Positions 29,046 to 37,769 of a stretch of 64,000 nucleotides of DNA are shown here, one piece after another. The translations under genes and the position numbers were made by a program. The notes beneath the pieces were generated by a model, which searched no databases, had not been told where the DNA came from, and worked only from the letters and a program-made list of their open reading frames with translations. The first letter of the stretch is position 1. Each line of letters begins with the position of its first letter. The stretch is from an uncultured Crocinitomix sp. Lineage in GTDB: Bacteria > Bacteroidota > Bacteroidia > Flavobacteriales_D > Crocinitomicaceae. The stretch lies in the NCBI GenBank assembly GCA_905478225.1, contig CAJQHR010000023.1, positions 2,948-66,947 on the forward strand. The letters are read 5' to 3'.

Positions 29046-29057
29046 ATTCGTTACGTA

Positions 29058-29065
29058 CAAAGTTA
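29058..29065 (-). promoter_or_regulatory. -7 promoter box (TAACTTTG)
   Basis: Matches TAnnTTTG on the minus strand, 12 nt upstream of the ATG at 29045, which implies a very short leader. Confidence 0.3.
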
Positions 29066-29113
29066 CTCAAAAGGAAAATAAGCCCGACCGAGAATGAAGA
29101 AAAATTTGGGCAT

Positions 29114-29164
29114 AAAAAAACTGCTTAAAGAACATTGAGGAATCCTCGAAATGCTTTTAAGCAG
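29114..29164 (-). terminator. Terminator (long hairpin with an inner hairpin) after the small lipoprotein gene
   Basis: Outer stem ctgcttaaa (29121-29129) / tttaagcag (29156-29164), inner stem gagg-aat-cctc (29137-29147), and a U7 run on the minus strand (plus-strand A-run 29114-29120). Confidence 0.5.
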
Positions 29165-29184
29165 CTTTAATCTTTTTTCGAAGA

Positions 29185-29481
29185 TTACTCTCCGTGATCG
29201 CAAGCGTGATCTCCACCGTCACAAGCAGCGTCAGCTCCATCACATGCCATTTCAGTAGAATCTGTTTCAGCACCATCAGCACTATCACATGACACTCCAG
29301 TAGAATCTGCTTCAGCATCTGCTGCATCATCTAATGCGTCGTTTAATTGATCTCCTGGGTTTTCGATAGCGTCAGTTGCATCATCTGCAGCTTCTTCTCC
29401 ACCACAGCTAAATGCAAGCATTCCACTTGCAGCAACTAGAACGAATCCCATTTTTCTTAAATTAAGAAAGGTCTTTTTCAT
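29185..29481 (-). CDS. Small acidic Asp/Ala-rich lipoprotein with a C-terminal Cys/His cluster
   Basis: The likely start is the ATG at 29481: MKKTFLNLRKMGFVLVAASGMLAFSC (lipobox). The mature ~73 aa contain about 30% Asp/Glu and end in MACDGADAACDGGDHACDHGE. Confidence 0.6.
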   Translation of the reverse strand: MKKTFLNLRKMGFVLVAASGMLAFSCGGEEAADDATDAIENPGDQLNDALDDAADAEADSTGVSCDSADGAETDSTEMACDGADAACDGGDHACDHGE

Positions 29482-29629
29482 AATCTGATTTTTTAAAATT
29501 AACAATTGATATAATGTTTGAATTGCTTCACAACGGAGCAAAAATAGGTAAATTTTTTTATTATCCTAGTTTATTTGTTTAATATCAAGTGTTTATAACC
29601 CTTTCAGAACAAAATTTTGATAAAACACC

Positions 29630-30238
29630 TTATTTAATGTTTATTGAAAACAGTGCTTTTTCATTCAAAAAACCGGTCAATTTATCACCAATTTTAACCG
29701 GACCGACTCCCTCTGGAGTGCCTGTGTAAATTAAATCTCCCGTTTTTAAAGTGATGAATTTTGATATGTGGCTAATTAATTCATCAATTGAAAAAATCAT
29801 ATCTGCAGAGTTTCCAATTTGGATTGTTGCATCATTTTTTGATAAACTAAAATGAATGTTACCTAAATCCAATAAATCCTTTGCTATAAATTGATGAGAA
29901 ATGACAGCGCTATTGTCAAAAGCCTTAGCTTTTTCCCAAGGCAATCCCTTTTCTTTGCATGTTTTTTGGATGTCGCGTGCAGTAAAATCTATACCAAGTC
30001 CAATTTCATCATAGTATTTATGGGCGTTTGCTACAGCAATGTGTTTGCCTACTTTTGAGATTTTGACCACTAACTCAATCTCATGATGAAGTTCTTTCGT
30101 AAACTCGGGATAATAGAGGTTTGTATCGCGAAATAACGCCGTATCTGGTTTCATGAAGAAGAGTGGCTCTTCAGGAATAGGTGAATTCATTTCCTTGGCG
30201 TGGTCGCTATAATTCCGTCCAATGCAAATAATTTTCAT
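29630..30238 (-). CDS. Fumarylacetoacetate hydrolase (FAH)-family protein
   Basis: 202 aa. MKIICIGRNYSDHAKEMNSPIPEEPLFFMKP and GDLIYTGTPEGVGPV are typical FAH-fold blocks. Confidence 0.85.
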   Translation of the reverse strand: MKIICIGRNYSDHAKEMNSPIPEEPLFFMKPDTALFRDTNLYYPEFTKELHHEIELVVKISKVGKHIAVANAHKYYDEIGLGIDFTARDIQKTCKEKGLPWEKAKAFDNSAVISHQFIAKDLLDLGNIHFSLSKNDATIQIGNSADMIFSIDELISHISKFITLKTGDLIYTGTPEGVGPVKIGDKLTGFLNEKALFSINIK

Positions 30239-30247
30239 AGTGCTGTC

Positions 30248-31105
30248 TTAACTAAATTTATTTTTGAGTTGATCTAGCTTATTTGTCATTTCGTTTGCTT
30301 TAGCTTCCTTTTGAGCAGCTCGCTTTGCACGATCTTCTTGTATCAAGACATCAACTGTTTTTTTAAGGATGCTTTTTGTGATAAGAGGAAAATCATTGTC
30401 AAGAATCCAACGGTGATAGCCAGGCTCTTTCTCATAAACCTCTTTAATGGTTTTACCAGTATGCTTTCCAAAGTTATACATCACCACGCCTTCATCACTT
30501 AATGCTAATCTTCCTACAAAGTCAATTTTTCGATTCTTCCCCGTTTGGGTAAATTCGAATAGGAAATCCATGTCATTTTCAAGCTCTGGATACCGATCCA
30601 ATTGTGCTTTTAATACTTCGTATGTTGCACGAGTATCAGCCTCTGCGCTATGTGCATTCACTATATCTTTATCGCAGTAAAACTTGTAAGCGGCTACCAA
30701 TGTTCTTTGTTCCATTTTATGAAACACAGTTTGCACATCAATAAACCTTCGGTTTTCCATATCTAACTCAAGCCCTGCATTCAATAATTCTTCGAGTAAG
30801 AAAGGAATGTCGAAGCGGTTAGAATTATATCCGGCAAGATCAGCGTCTCCAATGAATTCGATTATCGCAGTTGCAAATTTTTCAAAAGTGGGGCAGTCTT
30901 TAACATCTTCATCTGTAATCCCATGAATTTCTGTGGATTCAGGGGGAATTGGAAAGCCAGGATTGATTTTTTCTACAAAAGTACTTTCAGTTTGATCAGG
31001 ATTAATTTTGATAATGGCTATTTCAATAATTTTTTCCTTAGAAATATTCAATCCAGTAGCTTCTAAATCGAAAAAAACGATTGGCTTAGTGAGGTTAAGA
31101 TTCAT
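30248..31105 (-). CDS. DEDDh-type 3'-5' exonuclease domain protein (DnaQ-like)
   Basis: 285 aa with Exo I FFDLEATG, Exo II GYNSNRFDIPFL and Exo III HSAEADTRAT, plus a C-terminal extension of unknown role. Confidence 0.85.
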   Translation of the reverse strand: MNLNLTKPIVFFDLEATGLNISKEKIIEIAIIKINPDQTESTFVEKINPGFPIPPESTEIHGITDEDVKDCPTFEKFATAIIEFIGDADLAGYNSNRFDIPFLLEELLNAGLELDMENRRFIDVQTVFHKMEQRTLVAAYKFYCDKDIVNAHSAEADTRATYEVLKAQLDRYPELENDMDFLFEFTQTGKNRKIDFVGRLALSDEGVVMYNFGKHTGKTIKEVYEKEPGYHRWILDNDFPLITKSILKKTVDVLIQEDRAKRAAQKEAKANEMTNKLDQLKNKFS

Positions 31106-31127
31106 GCAGTTTTTTTAGCTGTGTTAG

Positions 31128-33817
31128 CTACAAAGATAAATATAAGTCTGCCATTTCAGGTATCGCGACTTTAATTTCTACTCGACGATTCAATTGTCGG
31201 TTCTCCGCATTGTCAGATCCATCTGCATTTGTGTTTGAAACACTAGGTCTGCTTTCTCCGAACCAAACATTGTCAATCCTATCGGGATCTATACCGGCAT
31301 CAATAAGGTATTTATGGGCCTTTAGCGCTCTTTTTTCTGAAAGAACTTCATTGTACTCATCTGTACCTATCCAATCCGTATGACCGTCTAATTTCACTTG
31401 TACACTTGGATTATCCTTCATGAAAAGATAGAGGGATTGCAGTATGTCTTCACTTTTTTGGCGGAGGAAAAATTTATCAAAGTCAAACAGAATATTGGCA
31501 AATTCTTGCATCTGCGTATCGGTTTCAGTCAGTTTTTGAAGTGAAACAATATCTATATGCTCAGTATATGAAATGCTTTCATCATTCGGATCAATAGCAG
31601 TGAGCAATGCAGAGTACAAGATTTCACCATCAGATTGATCTAAATTGTAAGTGATAGTTGTATTGTCATTCAACTCTTCGATAACAGCCAGCGGGGTGGT
31701 TGGGTTCAAAAATTCAAATTCACCATCCACGTCGGTTATTGCCATGTTCGTCAAAATTTTATCCGCCTTGGCGAAGTAAATTGTTGTTTCAGGTCTCGGA
31801 ATATTGTCACTTTCAACATAATCATAAACCACGCCTTGCATATAAAATTGTTAAGGATGACTTTGATTCCAATTATTGTAAGAGATGATCGCATCTTCTT
31901 CATTAATCATAATCTTATAAGCAATTGAAGTGTCTAGTTTTTCAAATACAAAGTCGCCCAATTCATCTGTTCTCGTCACACGGACAATTTGATCTTTCTC
32001 ATTGAGCAATAACAGTTCAATATTTTTACCATCCCAAGTTGCACTGTGAGCAACATTACCCAGTATACCTCCGATATTTGAGTTGGTGTCTTCTTGATAG
32101 GTAAAATCGACATCAAATTCTTCTTTTAATAGATCCGTCATGTCAAATAACCCATTTTTAAATGTTGCCTCTTGAGTTATCGGTTCACCCTTTTCATTTT
32201 TGCTCTGTTTTATATTGATTTGTTGAAATAGATTAAATGCTTCGCATTGTTTCGGGATATAAAATTCTTCAAAATGTGGGCGCTCTTGTGTGAACCCAGG
32301 TGTTAGAATTACAAGCTCTAGTTGATAGGTGTTGTCAGGAGGTAAAACCATTTGATATTTCCCCGTTTTCGGATCAATATTAAAAGATCCCATGGATTCG
32401 CTTGTTATGGCGTTTTTCACTTTTATAATACCATTCACGGGGCGGTGATTTTCGCTATAAATAGCATAGCCCTTCACTTCGGTTGTTGGAATGTTTTTAC
32501 AATCATATTTTGCGGTGTAAATATCTAAATAACCATATGATCCTGGTCGCATAGATGCATAATAGGCTAATGTTCCCTCGTCGTTCTCCACATAATAAAT
32601 ATCATCTCCAGCAGAGTTTACGGGCGTTCCAATATTGCGCGGTTCACCCCATTCACAGCTTTCGTCTCTGGTTACTCTGAAAATGTCAAATCCTCCCATT
32701 GAATTATGCCCTTCTGACGCAAAATAAAGTGACTTGCCATCCTTTGAAAGATAAGGGGCATCTTCTTTATAAGGGGTGTTGATTTTTGGCCCCATATTTA
32801 CGGGTTTTTTCCAATTGCCGTTTTCACCTTTTTCTGAATAGTATAAATCTCGTTCACCAAAACCATCTTTCACGCCTGTAGAAACAATAAACGTTTCAGT
32901 TTCATCAGGTGTAATGAAAATACTCGGATTAGCATCACCGATATATACGTTTTGGTTCATTCGAATTGGGATAGCCCACATTCCGTCCTTATCTTTCACA
33001 CTTTTCCAAATGCTATTTTCTTTATAAATATAGAGTGTGTTTCCATCAGGAGAAATGCTGGCCGGAGCTTCGTGTTTTTTTCCGTCATTAATCTCTTTCG
33101 CCACATATCCAGAAGATTTATCAATAATTTTTGCTTCCGACCATTGGTTTTCTCCTGTTCCACTTGTTGCGTAGAAAATGTCCTCAAAATAAAGTCCATC
33201 AACATGCTTTTTTTTGCCTGGTGGACGTCTTGAACAAAACAATAGCAATTCTTCTTCAATTGAAATTACTGGAGAATAATCCATGTATTCTGAATTCACT
33301 TTTTCATCAAGTTTAACAATCTCTTGCACCTCATATAAATGAACATCTCTTAAGTCAATTCCATTGTTGCATATTTCAATTTCTCGAATAACATCACTGC
33401 GGGTTTCTTGTCCTTTTTTATTGTCAACAGTGCTGCCCAAAAACAGGTTGTAGTATTCAATGGCTTTCTCAAATTCACCTTTAAAGTGATAGGTTTTTGC
33501 GGCGTAAAATAGGATTTCTGGAATTGTATCTGTCACAGATAGATCAAGGGCTTTTTCAAAATAAACGATTGCATCTTCGCGTTGAACTTGAGAATCGTAA
33601 TAAGCTAAACCAGCCTCAAACCAATATTGGGCTTTATCTGTGTTCGCATCTGTTACTTTATCGTAATAAGATTTTGCTTTCCAATATTCTTCTTTGCGAT
33701 ATGCTTTACGAATTTTTTTATTTTGCCTTTGCTTAATTCTTGGGCATGCATCATTGGAGTGCCTATAAACAGGAAGCAAATCGTACAGATTAATATGTTG
33801 AGAGTGCTTTTAAGCAT
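31128..33817 (-). pseudogene. PorE/PG1058-architecture protein (signal peptide, TPR, PD40 beta-propeller, CarboxypepD_reg-like repeats, OmpA_C) carrying a frameshift and an in-frame stop
   Basis: Three pieces make up this locus. (a) The ATG at 33817 opens MLKSTLNILICTICFLFIGTPMMHAQ..., which stops after 54 codons. (b) The track ORF 31851..33779 (642 aa, TTG-called, no signal peptide) is in the -1 frame, and the two frames overlap at an A7 run (33713-33719). (c) The track ORF 31128..31841 (OmpA_C: DGHTDWIGTDEYNEVLSEKRA..NRRVEIKV) is in frame with (b), separated only by the TAA at 31851-31853 (..NWNQSHP*QFYMQGVVYDY..). Confidence 0.7.
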
Positions 33818-36246
33818 TAAAATTCAAGATCAAATTTGATGTATTGGTATTTTTGGTAGATGTAACGGTTTTCTTGTGCGTCATTGTTATATTCCGGTCC
33901 GTTAACTGAAGCTTCTTTTAAAATAATATTGATTTTACTCAGGTCTACGCCGAATTCAATCAGTAATTTTGTCAAAGTAGATTTACCGTTGTTTAAACGG
34001 TGCACAGCTAAATCTTGATTGTCTTTGAATGCGCGAGTTGGAATATGTGAGGCGCTTGATGTTACAATTACTGTTACTGGCAGGCCTTTTTCAACAATGT
34101 CTTTAATCCCTTGAACAAATACTCTAAAGTTGTCATTCTTATAATCAAATTTATCTTTATTATAGCCAAAGAAATGTTGGTACTCTGGTCCTTTAATCAA
34201 ATCGGTATAGTTCTGAATAGAGTCTTGATGGTATTCTACTTGAGGATATAAACTCTCATCACATTCAATAACACCGTTTTCAAGGTCTCGGGCGGTTGAC
34301 GTGGGAATACGCACGGCGTTCAGATAAGCAACTACAAAAGCATCTGAATATTTATCCAATACTTCTTGTCTTACTTTTTCTGCTAAGATATATTCATCAA
34401 AAGCACCAAGCATGTACCGTGTAATGCTTTTACCTAGCAATTCGGTGGAGATTGGGCTGTACTTTTTATAGTAGGATACGGGGAGGTCTTTTTTGAATGC
34501 ACCAACTTGAATCTTGTAGACCAAATTACATTTCATACCCTCCTCTTTTCGCTCGGCAATAGTGGAATCTTTCTCGTCCACGATTTGGTTGGCAGAGAAG
34601 TCAACCATGTCTAGTAATAATTCATGTCTAATTTCTTGGTAAGATGAATTACATGGAACATAAAGTTCTGTTTCATGAAATTGATTGGTGTCATCAAGAA
34701 TGTAATTTATTTGGTATGTATGACAGGGCACCAACGTTAGCACATAACCGCCATCTCTTCTTATTGGTGAATATTTTTTTACACCTGAATTTTCAGATAA
34801 ATCTTCTACTTCAATCACAATTCCCGGTGGAATTCTTGAGTCGTCGGAAGTTAGGATGAACCCAATTAACACTGCAACATTTTGAATATAGTCATTGTCG
34901 CCGTAAACCGAATAAATGTCTTTGTCGCCTTGACCATCCAATTTTTCAGAGCTGTAATAACCAGTTCTTCCATCTGCAGTTGTTGTATAAAAAATATCGT
35001 TATCAACCGTATTTAGCGGATACCCCATGTTTAGTGGTTCACTCCATTGATCTTCTTCATCAATTTGGGTTACAAAAATGTCAAATCCACCCATGCTTCT
35101 TGGTCCGTTGGAGCTATAGTACATGGTTTTATTATCAACTCCCAGAAATGGAGATTCTTCGTCATATTCTGAATTAATGGTTGGACCTAAATTAAAAGCC
35201 TTGCTCCATTCACCGTTTGGTAGTTTCTTTAACCGATAAATATCTCTTCCACCTAGCCCGCCAGGTCTATCAGAAACGAAATACAAATAATTTTGATCAT
35301 TACTCATAGTAGCATGACTTTCCCAATACTCTGTATTTAATTCTTCTGCAGGAAACTCTTGTAGATTATTGAACGCTGTGTCTTTATTTTCTGAATAATA
35401 AATGTCTCCACCATTTACATCTTGATAAACGAATACGGTTTGGCCGTCGGCTGATGAGGAAATAGAGGCATCATTTCTTCTTGGACGACAAAAGCCTAGG
35501 TATTCTGGATCTGTCCAGTTCCCGTCTCGGTCGCGATAGCAAACGTAAATATCTTCATAATGCAATCCGTTTTCGAAACTAATTTGTTCAAAGTTAGTAC
35601 TGTCAGCTCTCAATCTTTTTGAAGTAAAAAACAATGTTCTTCCATCCACTGAGATAACAGGGCTATACTCGGGAGTTGGTCTGTTGACCATGGAACCAAT
35701 GTTTTTAATTAAATATGGACGAGGAGATGCAATCAAACGTTTGGCATTGGCGCATTGTTTTTGACCGAGTGCACCTCGGTTGTATTTATCGTGTTTTTTA
35801 TGCGTGTTTTCAACGAAGTAGTTGTACTGGGTAGTTGCAGAATCAATTCTACCGTTGACATGGTTTGATTTTGCTAAATAGTATAGCACTTCTGGAGGTG
35901 CATTTCTTTCGAGGTATGACGAAGGATTATAGTTCTTGTCCACCGAATATTGGGCTTTTTCAAAGAGTGGATGCGCCTCTGCCTCAAGATTTAAAGCGAT
36001 ATAGCACATTCCTGCTTTGTAAAGTAAATTGGCATTTTTTGGGTCTTCTTCTAATAGGATTTCCCAAATGTAAAGTGCATCAATGAATACTTTGTCGTAA
36101 TATAAATTGACACCTACATCAAATTTCTCGCTAAAAGATGCATCCGCTAGCTTTCCTCGAAGAATTTCTTTTTCAGACTGTGCATAGGCAACACTAAAAG
36201 TGGAGAGCGCAGCGAGGAGAAGTGTGAGTTTTACGAATTTGGTCAT
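33817..36246 (-). CDS. TPR / PD40 beta-propeller protein with a SPOR-like module and a divergent OmpA_C-like C-terminus (PorE-like paralog)
   Basis: The ATG at 36246 gives MTKFVKLTLLLAALSTFSVAYAQ (the track start at 36258 is a TTG). It has TPRs and repeated PD40-like units (EYSPVISVDGRTLFFTS, ESHATMSNDQNYLYFVSDR, EESPFLGVDNKTMYYSS). The SPOR-like stretch is YKIQVGAFKK...RYMLGAFDEYILAEKV...DAFVVAY. Its stop overlaps the next gene's start (TAATG). Confidence 0.8.
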   Translation of the reverse strand: MTKFVKLTLLLAALSTFSVAYAQSEKEILRGKLADASFSEKFDVGVNLYYDKVFIDALYIWEILLEEDPKNANLLYKAGMCYIALNLEAEAHPLFEKAQYSVDKNYNPSSYLERNAPPEVLYYLAKSNHVNGRIDSATTQYNYFVENTHKKHDKYNRGALGQKQCANAKRLIASPRPYLIKNIGSMVNRPTPEYSPVISVDGRTLFFTSKRLRADSTNFEQISFENGLHYEDIYVCYRDRDGNWTDPEYLGFCRPRRNDASISSSADGQTVFVYQDVNGGDIYYSENKDTAFNNLQEFPAEELNTEYWESHATMSNDQNYLYFVSDRPGGLGGRDIYRLKKLPNGEWSKAFNLGPTINSEYDEESPFLGVDNKTMYYSSNGPRSMGGFDIFVTQIDEEDQWSEPLNMGYPLNTVDNDIFYTTTADGRTGYYSSEKLDGQGDKDIYSVYGDNDYIQNVAVLIGFILTSDDSRIPPGIVIEVEDLSENSGVKKYSPIRRDGGYVLTLVPCHTYQINYILDDTNQFHETELYVPCNSSYQEIRHELLLDMVDFSANQIVDEKDSTIAERKEEGMKCNLVYKIQVGAFKKDLPVSYYKKYSPISTELLGKSITRYMLGAFDEYILAEKVRQEVLDKYSDAFVVAYLNAVRIPTSTARDLENGVIECDESLYPQVEYHQDSIQNYTDLIKGPEYQHFFGYNKDKFDYKNDNFRVFVQGIKDIVEKGLPVTVIVTSSASHIPTRAFKDNQDLAVHRLNNGKSTLTKLLIEFGVDLSKINIILKEASVNGPEYNNDAQENRYIYQKYQYIKFDLEF

Positions 36247-36261
36247 AATCAACCTCAAAGG

Positions 36262-36298
36262 AAAAAAAATAAAGCCACACCTTATAGGGTATGGCTTT
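36262..36298 (-). terminator. Rho-independent terminator after the E2 gene
   Basis: 9-bp stem aaagccaca (36271-36279) / tatggcttt (36290-36298) with one G-U pair, followed by a U8 run on the minus strand. Confidence 0.6.
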
Positions 36299-36321
36299 TA
36301 AACTTTTTTACGTTGAATTGT

Positions 36322-37662
36322 TTATAACTCTCGATTTATATCAAATTGTTCTAAATAATCAGCGACTCTTCTGACAAACATTCCGCCCAAAGCACCATCT
36401 ACAACTCTATGATCGTAAGAATGGGAAAGGAACATTTTATGTCTGATAGCAATTGCGTCACCCTGAGGTGTTTCAATTACCGCTGGAATTTTACGAATTG
36501 CGCCAACTGCCATGATGGCAACTTGTGGCTGATTGATAATTGGTGTCCCCATCACATTGCCAAAAGTACCAACGTTTGTAACGGTATAAGTTCCGGCTTG
36601 AATATCGTCTGAGCTTAGCTTATTGTTTCGTGCTTTATTCGCCAAGTCATTCACTTGTTTTGTGAGTCCAGTTAAGTTTAAATTATCAGCTTGTTTGATT
36701 ACTGGTACAATTAAATTTCCCGAAGGAAGTGCTGTTGCCATTCCAATATTAATGTCTTTTCGTTTAATGATATTGTCACCACTTAAGCATACATTCACCA
36801 TTGGAAAATCTTTAATCGCCTTAATGATGGCCTCCATAAAAATTGGTGTGAAAGTAATTTTTTCTCCTTCGTTTTTAAGGAAATCATTTTTTACTTTATT
36901 ACGCCACATCACAATATTTGTAACATCTGCCTCAACATAAGAAGTAACGTGTGGTGAAGTTTGCACTGACATTACCATATGATCGGCAATCAGCTTACGC
37001 ATTCTGTCCATTTCGATAATCTCATCACCTTCATGTACTGGTATTGCTGGCGCGTGTGCTGCTTTCGCTGCAGGTGCTTTGGTGGCAACAGGAGCATTTG
37101 TTTGAACAGGAGTCTCAGTAGTGGGTTTTGCTGCTATAGCGCCACCATTTTTAATGAAATTGAGCATGTCCTTTTTAGTTACCCGACTATTTTCGCCTGA
37201 ACCTTCTAAAGTTTCCAATTGCTCCATTGAAATACCTTCTTTCTTGGCAATGCTTCGCACTAAAGGAGAATAAAAACGTCCTGATGGACCAGATTTACTC
37301 AACTCAACTGCAGTGGATCCATTTGAAGCAACTGGTGTTGCAATGGAAACTGCCGCCTCTGCTACAACTGCTTCCGCTGCTGGTTCAGAATCATTAGATG
37401 AGTCATCTGGAGCTGCTTCTCCATCTGTAGAAATAACTGCAATAACATCTCCAACCTGCACCACGTCATCTTTTTCAAAGAGTCGTTTTACTAGTACACC
37501 TTCCGCTTCGGATGGTAATTCATTATCTACCTTGTCGGTTGCAACCTCTACTAGAGGCTCGTCCATTTCCACAGTATCGCCAACTTCTTTCAACCAATTG
37601 GTTATGGTCGCTTCTGTAACACTTTCCCCCATTTTAGGGAGTCTGATTTCGATTTCAGCCAT
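36322..37662 (-). CDS. 2-oxoacid dehydrogenase E2 component (dihydrolipoamide acyltransferase)
   Basis: 446 aa. It has a lipoyl domain (VEVATDKVDNELPS), an Ala/Pro linker, an E3-binding domain (SPLVRSIAKKEGI) and a catalytic domain (SHSYDHRVVDGA). Confidence 0.9.
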   Translation of the reverse strand: MAEIEIRLPKMGESVTEATITNWLKEVGDTVEMDEPLVEVATDKVDNELPSEAEGVLVKRLFEKDDVVQVGDVIAVISTDGEAAPDDSSNDSEPAAEAVVAEAAVSIATPVASNGSTAVELSKSGPSGRFYSPLVRSIAKKEGISMEQLETLEGSGENSRVTKKDMLNFIKNGGAIAAKPTTETPVQTNAPVATKAPAAKAAHAPAIPVHEGDEIIEMDRMRKLIADHMVMSVQTSPHVTSYVEADVTNIVMWRNKVKNDFLKNEGEKITFTPIFMEAIIKAIKDFPMVNVCLSGDNIIKRKDINIGMATALPSGNLIVPVIKQADNLNLTGLTKQVNDLANKARNNKLSSDDIQAGTYTVTNVGTFGNVMGTPIINQPQVAIMAVGAIRKIPAVIETPQGDAIAIRHKMFLSHSYDHRVVDGALGGMFVRRVADYLEQFDINREL

Positions 37663-37686
37663 TTTTAATTCTTAATAATTGAGTGA

Positions 37687-37694
37687 CAAATTTA
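37687..37694 (-). promoter_or_regulatory. -7 promoter box (TAAATTTG)
   Basis: Matches TAnnTTTG on the minus strand, 25 nt upstream of the E2 ATG at 37662. Confidence 0.35.
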
Positions 37695-37769
37695 ATTGAA
37701 ATTTTCTGTTTTACCCCGTTTTAAGTCGAGAATTAAGTCAAAAACAATAATGTATTGAAATTGATAAAA

